Shown: one piece after another, positions 1 through 8,916 of the stretch | Numbering within the stretch: position 1 is the first letter of the stretch | Layout: each line of letters begins with the position of its first letter | Origin: Myxococcales bacterium | GTDB taxonomy: Bacteria; Myxococcota_A; Polyangia; Polyangiales; Polyangiaceae | DNA: 64,000 nt | NCBI GenBank assembly: GCA_043747615.1 | Contig: JAYTOU010000057.1 | Location: forward strand, 64,001 to 128,000 | Direction of reading: 5' to 3' | Notes under the pieces: generated by a model | What the model was told of the DNA's origin: nothing | The model's database searches: none | What the model saw: only the letters and a program-made list of their open reading frames with translations | Translations under genes and position numbers: made by a program

Positions 1-984
1 GGCGACCTTGGCCGGATCGTTGGCGGTGTTCGCCACCGTCAAGTAATGGGGCAAGAGGACGTCGTCGGTCTCGCCGGCCTTGTGCACGCAGAAATATTTC
101 TGGTGACCGCGGGCCACCGCGCGAATGACCGAGGCGGGGAGTGCGAGAAATTCTTTTTCGAAGCTCCCGAGGACCACGTGCGGCTCTTCGACGAGCGACG
201 CGTTCTCGACGACTAGGTTGGGATCCGGATCGTGCGTCCCTCCCGCTTCGACGGCAGCGCTCGTCACCCGTTCCATCATCGTGCGCGTTCGCTCGTCGCG
301 ATCGACGAGGACGTGCGCGGCGCGGAGCTGCTCCACGTACGTCCCCGCGTCCTTTACAGCGAACGGCGCCGGCGAGAGAAAGCGATGCCCGCGCGTCACA
401 TTTCCGCTTTTAATACCGGCAAACGAGGTGTCGATGACTTCGCCGTCGAGCAGGGCGACGAGCCATTGCACCGGCCGACCGAAGGTCACGTCGAGAGAGC
501 CCCAGCGCATGGACTTGCGGAAGGGGATGGAGGGAATGATCTCGGCGATCGCAGCGCCGAGGAGATCGCGTGCCGCCTTGCCCTTTTCGATGCGCCGCCC
601 GACGACGTAGCGCCCGGCCTTCTGCTTGCCGGCGGCGTCCTTGGCGACCACGCTGAGCGCATCGACAGCGCATCCGAGCTTCTGAGCGAATGCTTCGGCG
701 GCCTTCGTGGGCACGCCCTCTTTGTAAGCGGCCCCTTCGGGCGGGCCGACCACTTCTTCGTCCACGTCGCTCTGTCCAGCAGCGAGACCGCTCACCGTTA
801 CCGCCAGGCGACGCGGCGTTCCGTAGGCTTTGACCTCGCCGTGAGGGAGCCGGAGGTTCGCAAGCTTCGCCTCGAATAGCGCGGGAAGGGCCGTGAGCGC
901 AGCCTCCACGTACGATGACGGAAGCTCCTCCACGCCGATTTCGAGGAGGAGCGACGGCGTGTTCGAGACGTCTGTGGTTGCCAT
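1..984 (-). CDS. glyS: Glycine--tRNA ligase beta subunit (N-terminal part; runs off the window edge)
   Basis: Manual translation from ATG 984 gives MATTDVSNTPSLLLEIGVEELP...YGTPRRLAV and later RGHQKYF, all GlyS-beta motifs. Missing from the ORF track because no stop lies in the window. Confidence 0.93.
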   Translation of the reverse strand, partial: MATTDVSNTPSLLLEIGVEELPSSYVEAALTALPALFEAKLANLRLPHGEVKAYGTPRRLAVTVSGLAAGQSDVDEEVVGPPEGAAYKEGVPTKAAEAFAQKLGCAVDALSVVAKDAAGKQKAGRYVVGRRIEKGKAARDLLGAAIAEIIPSIPFRKSMRWGSLDVTFGRPVQWLVALLDGEVIDTSFAGIKSGNVTRGHRFLSPAPFAVKDAGTYVEQLRAAHVLVDRDERTRTMMERVTSAAVEAGGTHDPDPNLVVENASLVEEPHVVLGSFEKEFLALPASVIRAVARGHQKYFCVHKAGETDDVLLPHYLTVANTANDPAKVA

Positions 985-1064
985 GAAGGATGGCAAAGTT
1001 AATACTCCTTCCGTGCTCCGAGAAACACAGCGAACGGCATCGCGAGCCGAGCCGCGCGCCTGAC

Positions 1065-2123
1065 ATGGCAAAACCGAAAACGGAGACGACGGGCCACGCG
1101 ACCGATCGGCACATCGACGGCGGACCGCAGGGCGACGACGCGCGCTTCGATCGCAGCCTCCGCCCGCAGACATTCGCCGATTACATCGGGCAGACGCGCC
1201 ACAAGGAGAATCTGGCTGTCTTCGTCGAGGCGGCGCGGGGAAGGGGCGAGCCGCTCGACCACCTTCTTTTGTGCGGTCCGCCGGGCCTCGGCAAGACCAC
1301 GCTCGCTCAGATCTTGGCGCACGAAATGGGCGTTCAGCTCCACATGACGAATGGGCCCGTCGTAGAGCACAAGGGAGCGCTCGCGGGGCTCCTCACGAAG
1401 CTCGGCCCGAACGACATTCTCTTCATCGACGAGATACATCGTCTGAATCCGGTGGTGGAGGAGAGTCTCTATCCGGCGATGGAGGATTTCCGAATCGACG
1501 TGATGACCGGCGAAGGGGCGTTTGCGAGCGCCATCCAGATCGCCGTTCAGCCCTTCACCCTCGTCGGAGCGACGACGCGCACTGGGCTCCTCACGGCCCC
1601 GCTTTTTTCTCGGTTCGGGCACATCATCCGCCTCGATTTTTATCCGGTCGACGAGCTCTCGCGCATCGTTGCCCGAAGCGCGCGTCTGCTCGCGGTTCCG
1701 ATCGAGCCTGCAGCTTGCGACGAGATCGCCCGGCGCTCGCGGGGGACTCCTCGCATTGCCAACCGCCTCCTCCGCCGCGTTCGCGATTTCGCGCAAGTGC
1801 TCGGTACTGGAGAGATCGATCTCAAGATGGTGATCGGTGCGTGCGCGCGACTCGAGATCGACTCGGCCGGCTTCGACGAGATGGATCGGAAGCTCCTCCG
1901 CGTGATCATCGACGATTACGAGGGGGGCCCGGTGGGCGTCGAGACGCTTGCGGCTGCGATCGGCGAGCCGCGCGACACCATCGAGGACGTCTACGAGCCG
2001 TTCTTACTTCAGCAGGGGTTTCTCGGGCGAACACCGCGCGGACGGGTGGCAACCAAGAAGGCTTTCGAGCATCTTGGCCTCAAGCCGCCCACGAAAAAAG
2101 AGCCCGATCCGACGCTGTTCTGA
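1065..2123 (+). CDS. ruvB: Holliday junction branch migration helicase RuvB
   Basis: [12 protein letters not shown], Walker [40 protein letters not shown]. Start taken at ATG 1065 (990 possible). Confidence 0.97.
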   Translation: MAKPKTETTGHATDRHIDGGPQGDDARFDRSLRPQTFADYIGQTRHKENLAVFVEAARGRGEPLDHLLLCGPPGLGKTTLAQILAHEMGVQLHMTNGPVVEHKGALAGLLTKLGPNDILFIDEIHRLNPVVEESLYPAMEDFRIDVMTGEGAFASAIQIAVQPFTLVGATTRTGLLTAPLFSRFGHIIRLDFYPVDELSRIVARSARLLAVPIEPAACDEIARRSRGTPRIANRLLRRVRDFAQVLGTGEIDLKMVIGACARLEIDSAGFDEMDRKLLRVIIDDYEGGPVGVETLAAAIGEPRDTIEDVYEPFLLQQGFLGRTPRGRVATKKAFEHLGLKPPTKKEPDPTLF

Positions 2124-2216
2124 GCGCTCATTGATTCTCGGGGGTGCGTAGACCATGACCGCACACTACGCGCCGATCGCGCTAACGTTTTTTGCACGAC
2201 TCGCGCAGACGCCCGC

Positions 2217-2802
2217 TCACTTCTCGGCGCAGTTCTCGAGCCGGATTTCGGCGGTGCCCAGGCATGTTCGCGCATTTTGCGCGGCGAAGAGATGCGGGCA
2301 GGTGAGCGTCACCCAGAGACGACCGGCCAAGACCCCCATCGGTGCGCCCGCCGTGTAGTCGGCGGTGCAGTCATTTTCTTGGAAGTTGCCGACCAGCCCG
2401 CGGGCTGAAAGCGGCGTACACGTTCGTTTGCTTGCCCGTCGGCGTGAAATGCCCGCGGAGGACGACGGCGCCCTGGCCAGCCAAGGACACGCTCGCGTCG
2501 ACCGCGAAGCCATCGCCGTCCGGTTTGACGGTGCACGAGACGCTCACCATCGAGCCGGCTTGGCTCTGGCCGTCGTCGACCGGGTGCGCGCTGTCGCCGA
2601 TGGTGGCCCAGTCTTGCATGTTCACCTGGCACTTGGATGCGTCGTTGACGCCGACCTCGGTCCCCGGCCCAAATTGCGAGGATAGGGCGGTGCGCGCAGG
2701 CGTTCTCGAAGAGCCGGCGTCTGCCGTCGCGACGGGCGCCGGGGTGCTCGAGCAGGCGACGAAGAGAGCGGAGCTCGCGACAAGCGCAACTAAGGATCGC
2801 AT
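2217..2802 (-). pseudogene. Cys-containing lipoprotein split by a +1 frameshift at about 2402-2404 (pseudogene or sequence error)
   Basis: Lipobox (LFVAC) ORF 2371..2802. Removing one base after ...VYAAFS continues into RGLVGNFQENDCTADY...GRLWVTLTCP...CLGTAEIRLENCAEK*, giving a 194-aa protein. Confidence 0.7.
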
Positions 2803-2835
2803 CTTCGATGGGAGCCTAGGCCCGATTCCCCCAGG

Positions 2836-2864
2836 GTGACAGGGGAGCTTTTACCTCGTAAACT
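2836..2864 (+). promoter_or_regulatory. Sigma70-type promoter GTGACA-N17-TAAACT
   Basis: Hexamers at 2836-2841 and 2859-2864, 9 nt before TTG 2874. Confidence 0.5.
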
Positions 2865-2873
2865 CTTGGTATC

Positions 2874-4931
2874 TTGGGGATAGGTCCCGTTCTAGTCGTC
2901 GACGACGATACCGTGAGCCGACACGTGCTGTGTCAGGCCCTCGCACAGGCCGACCTTTCGCACGTGGCGGTAGGCTCAGGCACCGAGGCGCTGAAGGAGA
3001 TCGAAAAGATCCATCCGTCGATCGTCGTGCTCGATCTAGTTATGCCCGCGCCAGACGGTTACCAGGTGCTGCGCATTCTGCGGGCCCGCGCGGAGACCAG
3101 AGATTTACCGGTGGTCGTGCTCACGGCGCTCGACGCAGACAACGAGATCGCGCGCGCCTTCGAGTCGGGCGCAGACGACTTCGTACGAAAGCCGTTCAAG
3201 CCCGTAGAGCTCGTCGCCCGCATTCGAGGCCAGCTACGCCTTCGCGGCGTGATGGACGAGCTCGCGAAGAAAGAGAAGGACGCGCAGGTCGTCCTCGAGC
3301 TCACCCAAGCGCTCGCGTCGAACCTCGATTTCCGAGGCATCCTCTTCACCGTCGTGCAGCGCATTGCCGAGGTGGCGAAGGTCGATCGGGTGTCCATCGT
3401 GCTCGTGCGCGAGCAAGGGGACGTGGGCTACGTGGTCGCGGCCTCCGACGACGAGCAGCTCCGCGATCTCCCGATCGATCTCGCGAAGTACCCTGAAATC
3501 CAGCAGGTTCTCACCACGGGCAAGCCGCTTGTCATCGCCGACGCGGCGACCCATCAGCTCCTCGAGATCGTTCGCGCCCATGTTCACGCGCGGACCTTCA
3601 GCTCGCTCGCCATCTTGCCGATCCTCTACGAGGGCAAGCCGATGGGTGTTCTCTTCCTACGCGCGAAGCACACCTTCGCCTTCGGGGATCACGAGCTCGC
3701 GCTCTGCAAGACCGTCTCGAACGCCATGGCGATCGCTCTCCGAAACGCGCGCGTTCTTCAGACCCTCCGCGATCAGACCCAGCAGGTGACCGTGGCCCGG
3801 TTCGAGGCGGAACGGCGGATGCGCTCCCTCCAGCGGTACGCGGACTTTTTCGAGAGATCCGCCGACGGCATCGTGGTCATCGACGCCGAGGGCCGGCTGC
3901 TGTTTTCGAATCCCAAGGCGCGCGAAATCACCGGCTACACCGAGGTCGATTTTCGCGGGCGCAGACTCGGCGATCTCTTTGCGAGTGAAGACGCTTCGCG
4001 TGCGCGAGAGCTCCGGGAGGATTTTGCGCAGAACCGTTTTCCGCGCGGCGTCGACATTCGCGTCAAGCGCAAGGACGGACAACCCGTCACCTTGAGCATC
4101 AACACCAACTCCGTCCTTCGCGAAGAGGGCGTCGTTCTGTGCACTTTCCGGGACGTGACCGCGGAGCGCGCGCTCGAGGCCGACCTCGTAAAGACACGTA
4201 CATTTCTCCAGCGCGTCATCGATTCGTCAGTCGACGCGATTATCAGTGCGGACATGTCGGGGCGGGTCCTCATTTTCAATCACGCCGCCGAGCGTATTTA
4301 CGGACGGTCCGCGGCCGAGACCCTCGGTGCCGACGTGCAGGCCCTGTACCCGCCGGGAGTCGCCAAACAGATCATGAGACTGATTCGCGCGGGCGGCGGC
4401 AGGATCGAAGGGCTGAAGACAGACGTGCTCGACGCGAACGGGGAGCGCTTCCCGGTCTCGCTCTCCGCCGCTCTCCTCTACGACGGAGAGGCGCCGGTCG
4501 GCTCGGTCGGGATCTTCACCGACCTCCGCGAAAAGGTGCGGATGGAACAGCGCCTCGCGCAGGCCCAGGAGCAGATCCTCGCTCAGGAGAGGCAGGCCAT
4601 CGTCGCCGAGCTCGCCGGCGCCGCCGCCCACGAGCTCAACCAACCGCTCACGAGCGTGATGGGATACGCCGAGCTCCTCAAGCGCCGTCTCGAGCCCGAT
4701 GCGCCCGCGTTCGGCGCAGCCGAGATCATCTTCAACGAAGCGCAGCGCATGGCCGAGATCGTTCGCAAGATCGGAAAAATCACCAAGTACGAGACCAAAG
4801 TGTACGTCGGGCAAGCGCGCATCCTCGACCTCGACAAAGCGAGCGACGAATCGAAAGGCCGCGCGGCGAATGAGCGCGGTGATGAGCCCCCTTCTTCGAA
4901 AACGGTCGGCGGAAACGGCGGGGTTACCTAA
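2874..4931 (+). CDS. Hybrid signalling protein REC-GAF-PAS-PAS-HisKA with no ATPase domain
   Basis: REC motifs VLVVDDD, VVLDLVMP, GADDFVRKPF; a GAF; two PAS (ADGIVVID, VDAIISAD); H-box AHELNQPL; no N/G boxes before the stop. Confidence 0.85.
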   Translation: MGIGPVLVVDDDTVSRHVLCQALAQADLSHVAVGSGTEALKEIEKIHPSIVVLDLVMPAPDGYQVLRILRARAETRDLPVVVLTALDADNEIARAFESGADDFVRKPFKPVELVARIRGQLRLRGVMDELAKKEKDAQVVLELTQALASNLDFRGILFTVVQRIAEVAKVDRVSIVLVREQGDVGYVVAASDDEQLRDLPIDLAKYPEIQQVLTTGKPLVIADAATHQLLEIVRAHVHARTFSSLAILPILYEGKPMGVLFLRAKHTFAFGDHELALCKTVSNAMAIALRNARVLQTLRDQTQQVTVARFEAERRMRSLQRYADFFERSADGIVVIDAEGRLLFSNPKAREITGYTEVDFRGRRLGDLFASEDASRARELREDFAQNRFPRGVDIRVKRKDGQPVTLSINTNSVLREEGVVLCTFRDVTAERALEADLVKTRTFLQRVIDSSVDAIISADMSGRVLIFNHAAERIYGRSAAETLGADVQALYPPGVAKQIMRLIRAGGGRIEGLKTDVLDANGERFPVSLSAALLYDGEAPVGSVGIFTDLREKVRMEQRLAQAQEQILAQERQAIVAELAGAAAHELNQPLTSVMGYAELLKRRLEPDAPAFGAAEIIFNEAQRMAEIVRKIGKITKYETKVYVGQARILDLDKASDESKGRAANERGDEPPSSKTVGGNGGVT

Positions 4932-4933
4932 AG

Positions 4934-6238
4934 ATGCCTCGGAAGAAACGAGAGTCGATTCCCGAGCCAGCGACGGCGCCGCCGCTCTCCCATACCCAGG
5001 AGCGCGTGCGGGTCACCACCTCCCAAGTCGCCGCGGGCCTTGCGCCGGCATCCCACGACGACGCCGTCACCGCGGTCAACGTGTCGCACGTTCCGGAGCT
5101 TCCCGCGGCGTGGCTCGAGCGCCTGCTAACCCTCACCGGCGAGCTGCCCGTCGCCGAAGGCGAAGATAGCGTGGTGCGCGCGGTCGTCGATGCCCTCGCC
5201 GGGATCTTGCCGCTCGCCGGAATTGGCGTCTGCTTCGTACGGGCTCCGGGCGCGCGGCAGCAGCTCATTCGCCGTCATCCGCTCTTGGGGAACCCGAACA
5301 TTTCCTCCACCCCCGATCGCCTTTTTCCCGGCTTCGCGCACGAGCGGACGGTGGCCATCGCTGGTGACTCTTCGGGGTCGACGCTGCACGTGGCTTCCGA
5401 CGATGCATCGATCCTCGATCACGGCTCATCGATCGGACCCCTCCTTCGCAAGGCCGGAATGGTCCTGCGCCGCGGTCTCGAGCACGCCCGTCTGCACGCG
5501 CAGATCAAGGGCGCCGAGGGGGAAGTCGCCACGCTCAACTCGCAGATGGTGCAGGCCGAGAAGCTCGCTTCGCTCGGGCAAATCGCGGCTGGCATGGTTC
5601 ACGAGCTCAACAACCCGCTCACGTCGATCGTCGCCTACACGGATTTCCTTACCAAGCGCTGGCTCGCGAAACGCGAGGCAAGTGAGCCCGACGAGCTCGA
5701 ACGCCTTCGCCGTATCGGAGAGTCCGCGCATCGCCTCCTGCGCTTCACGCGCGATCTCGTCACCTACGCCCGCCCCTCCGGCGGAAAGCCGATCCCCGTC
5801 GCTCTTCACGGCGTCATCGATCAAGCGGTTCTTTTCTGCGAGCACGTGGTCCTCGAGGCCAAGGCGAAGATCGAGCGCCAGTACGTCGAGGGAATGGCGC
5901 CGATTCGCGCGCTCCCCGAGCAGCTCACCCAGGTGTTCGTGAACCTCATCACCAACGCTTGCCACGCCGTCAGCGAAGGAGGCGTCATCCGCATTACCAC
6001 CGAGCTCGATGGCGAATCGTTCGTGCGGGTGATCGTCGCCGACACCGGTCACGGCATCGCCGCGCAAAACCTGACCCGCGTCTTCGATCCCTTCTTCACC
6101 ACGAAGGGCGAGGGAAGGGGAACGGGCCTCGGGCTATCGATCGTGAAGAGCATCGTCGAGCACCATAACGGCCAAATTTGGGCTGAAAGTGAAGCGCAAC
6201 AGGGTGCGCGTTTTATTCTCGTCTTGCCGGTTCGGTGA
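4934..6238 (+). CDS. Sensor histidine kinase (NtrB-like HisKA + HATPase_c)
   Basis: EKLASLGQIAAGMVHELNNPL, QVFVNLITNA, DTGHGI, FDPFFTTK, GTGLGL. Confidence 0.93.
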   Translation: MPRKKRESIPEPATAPPLSHTQERVRVTTSQVAAGLAPASHDDAVTAVNVSHVPELPAAWLERLLTLTGELPVAEGEDSVVRAVVDALAGILPLAGIGVCFVRAPGARQQLIRRHPLLGNPNISSTPDRLFPGFAHERTVAIAGDSSGSTLHVASDDASILDHGSSIGPLLRKAGMVLRRGLEHARLHAQIKGAEGEVATLNSQMVQAEKLASLGQIAAGMVHELNNPLTSIVAYTDFLTKRWLAKREASEPDELERLRRIGESAHRLLRFTRDLVTYARPSGGKPIPVALHGVIDQAVLFCEHVVLEAKAKIERQYVEGMAPIRALPEQLTQVFVNLITNACHAVSEGGVIRITTELDGESFVRVIVADTGHGIAAQNLTRVFDPFFTTKGEGRGTGLGLSIVKSIVEHHNGQIWAESEAQQGARFILVLPVR

Positions 6239-6245
6239 GCCGGGC

Positions 6246-8081
6246 TCACCACTCGAACTGGTCGATGATCACGGGCTCGCTCGCGTCGAGCGGATCGTCT
6301 TTTCCGATGGCCCACGCCTCTATCCGCCCATCCGGGTGCACGCATAGTCGAAGGAAGTGCTTGAACCCGGGGTGCCCTAGGATCGAGAACGCTTGCTGGT
6401 GCTCGATCCCAGTGATGACGAGGGTCATCAGGAAGAGGCCGATCACGAACGCGCCGCCGAAAGCGTAAAGCAGCATGAGCGCGGTCTCTCCGGCCAGCGC
6501 GGGAAGGAAGCGCGACAGCACCATCTTCAAGAGGAGAGGAGCGAGCCCGAGCACGACGCCGAAGGGAATCGCGACTGCGAGCACCCTCCTCGGATGCGTG
6601 CGGTGATGTCCCGCCACCAAGTAGAGGATGACGATCACACCGACCGTGAGAAGCGCTGCGCTGATCCGTCCGACGTGGACTTCACCCGCCTCGAGCTCGA
6701 TCGACGCAAAGAGCACAAGCGCGAGGTGCGCGAGGAGGCCGGCCTTTCCGAGCATCAGCTTCAGCGGCACCTGCGCCACGAGACGCCGGCTCGTCGCTCG
6801 ATCCGGAAACACGGCTCTCGGCTCACCCCCCGGGCCCGGTGCGACGCGCGTCCCGTGGAGGAACGCTCCTCCACCGCCGGCGATGACGTGGATCGAAGCG
6901 CCGACGTCGCGTCGCTCGTAGTGGTGGACGTCGCCGGTGAGATAAAAAATTCGGTCGTTCTTCATGCTCAAGTGACAGGCCGTGAGCATCCGCGTTCCGG
7001 GGTCGTGGGGTTCCCCGAACGCAAACGCCGGGTCGGGGGCGACGAAGAGGATGCGCTGCTGTTTCGCCGTCTCGCCGCAGCCTTGAAAAAAAGCGCGCTG
7101 CCGAAAATCGATCCGACGAAGTTGGCGATCCACGCCCCACAGGTGGAGCCCCGTCGCGATCGGCAGGGAAAAATACGACGCTTCCTGCACCGCGTGGTAA
7201 CCGGCGAGAGTGAGTCGGGTGCGGCGCTTGATCGTGGTGCCCTTGAAGAACGCGCGCACCGAGCGTCCTGCTTGCACCAGGAGACCGACGAGGCCCCCCA
7301 CCTCGTCGAGGTGAAGCTGGTGCGCCACGAGCCCCACGCTGCGCGTCGCCTGACCGGCCGGCGGAACGGAGGCCGTCACGCTCGGCGACGTGGTCGACGA
7401 GGTCGCGGTGCCGTTCGTGGGAGCAGCCCTAAAGAGGCGCGCGAACCCGTCGAGGCCATCGTACCAATCGTGATTTCCGGGAATGCCCAGAAGTGCGCGG
7501 GGCTTTCCGTCGTCGGGGATTTCGGCGAGCACCTCGTTCCAAGGGCCGATCACTCGGTCATGGATTTCTTCGGCGGTCGCCACCGGGTAAGCCGTGTCGC
7601 CGCCGAAGAGGAGAAGCTCACCGCGCGGTAGCCGCCGAGCGCCGCCTTCGCTCGTCGGGTGGTCCACGGCGTCGTACTCCGCGAAGATCAGGCGCGCGAC
7701 GGCCACGCTCACGTCGCGGTCGTCGCCCGTGTCGGCTACGAAATCGATCCACAGCGGACGCCCGAGCGACTCGACCAAGGGCTGGTCGCCCGTTTTCATG
7801 GCGTCGATCCCCAGGACCTCTTTGATGGCACGCAGGAGCTCCCCGGGCGTCTGGGGCTGCATCCAGTCTCGAGAATCGACCGATTCGGCCGCAATCGCGC
7901 TCGCCGCAAAATGCCGCAGGTGGCCGAAAAGTGAAGTCACACCGAACCAGCGGATCGCGTAGGGCGGGTGCGCTCCGTGATGAAAGACGATGGGTGCAGC
8001 CTGATTTCCGCGTAGGCGAAGGGCGCGGACGGAGCGCGCGGGCACATCGACCCCCAGGCGCTTTTCGTCCCCGTCAGCCAT
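6246..8081 (-). CDS. Calcineurin-like metallophosphoesterase with C-terminal membrane segments
   Basis: DFVADTGD, GGDTAYP, PGNHDWYDG, GDVHHY; about 4 hydrophobic helices near the C-terminus. Confidence 0.8.
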   Translation of the reverse strand: MADGDEKRLGVDVPARSVRALRLRGNQAAPIVFHHGAHPPYAIRWFGVTSLFGHLRHFAASAIAAESVDSRDWMQPQTPGELLRAIKEVLGIDAMKTGDQPLVESLGRPLWIDFVADTGDDRDVSVAVARLIFAEYDAVDHPTSEGGARRLPRGELLLFGGDTAYPVATAEEIHDRVIGPWNEVLAEIPDDGKPRALLGIPGNHDWYDGLDGFARLFRAAPTNGTATSSTTSPSVTASVPPAGQATRSVGLVAHQLHLDEVGGLVGLLVQAGRSVRAFFKGTTIKRRTRLTLAGYHAVQEASYFSLPIATGLHLWGVDRQLRRIDFRQRAFFQGCGETAKQQRILFVAPDPAFAFGEPHDPGTRMLTACHLSMKNDRIFYLTGDVHHYERRDVGASIHVIAGGGGAFLHGTRVAPGPGGEPRAVFPDRATSRRLVAQVPLKLMLGKAGLLAHLALVLFASIELEAGEVHVGRISAALLTVGVIVILYLVAGHHRTHPRRVLAVAIPFGVVLGLAPLLLKMVLSRFLPALAGETALMLLYAFGGAFVIGLFLMTLVITGIEHQQAFSILGHPGFKHFLRLCVHPDGRIEAWAIGKDDPLDASEPVIIDQFEW

Positions 8082-8184
8082 GGTGAGAGAATAGCTTGTT
8101 TACAGGGCTCTTCACCGTCAGCTACCGTTTCCTTCCGAGGCAGCCCGTCTCATCGTCCCCAACCCGACGAACCCGCGAGAATCC

Positions 8185-8916
8185 ATGCCCTTCTTGGGTT
8201 TTCCCCCGTCCAAGCTCCTGAAGTCTGCCGCGTTCCTCCTCGTCCTCGTGGGGGCAGGGACTGCCTTTGCGGGATCGATGCGCGGTCGCATCACCGGCCA
8301 AGACAAACTTTTGCCCGAAGTGTTCGCCGAAGCCTCGAAGGGCGACTCGCACAGATTCAACTGGCGAGAGCCGTCTCCCACCGTGCGTCCGGAGTTCCGT
8401 ACGCTGTCGGCGAACCCGTCTCGCGACGTGTGCATCGCGGCGATGTCAGCGAATACCCCGCCTCCCCACGATCCGATTCTCGTCAAGATCACCGGCGGTC
8501 ACACCATCCCGACCACCCTGGTCGTCTCCCCCGGGACGCGCCTCGCCTTCGAAAATCGCGATCCGTACCCGCACCGCCTCTACATCCCCGGGAACGACGC
8601 ATGGAAGCCGGACGACACGAACTCCGGTGGAACGCGGCCGTGGACGGCCACCACACCGGGGCGCGTCGAGTTCCGCGATCAGCTCTTTCCGAGCGTGCGG
8701 ATGTACGTGGTGATCGACCCCCAGGTAGTCGACACCGCGTTCCCGGGCCGCGACGGAACCTTCGCGATGGACAAGCTTCCGGCCGGTGAATACACGCTGA
8801 AGGCGTTCTTCAACGGCAAGCAGGTCGGCAGACCGGCGAGCGTCGTCGTCAAGGAGCGCGGCTCACTCGAGCTGAAGGAGCCGCTCAACGTGGGCGAAGG
8901 GGCCGACGCCAAATGA
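8185..8916 (+). CDS. Secreted hypothetical protein (cupredoxin/carboxypeptidase-regulatory-like beta domains)
   Basis: Signal peptide; LVVSPGTRLAFENRDPYPH and DGTFAMDKLPAGEYTLKAF patterns; stop overlaps next ATG. Confidence 0.6.
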   Translation: MPFLGFPPSKLLKSAAFLLVLVGAGTAFAGSMRGRITGQDKLLPEVFAEASKGDSHRFNWREPSPTVRPEFRTLSANPSRDVCIAAMSANTPPPHDPILVKITGGHTIPTTLVVSPGTRLAFENRDPYPHRLYIPGNDAWKPDDTNSGGTRPWTATTPGRVEFRDQLFPSVRMYVVIDPQVVDTAFPGRDGTFAMDKLPAGEYTLKAFFNGKQVGRPASVVVKERGSLELKEPLNVGEGADAK

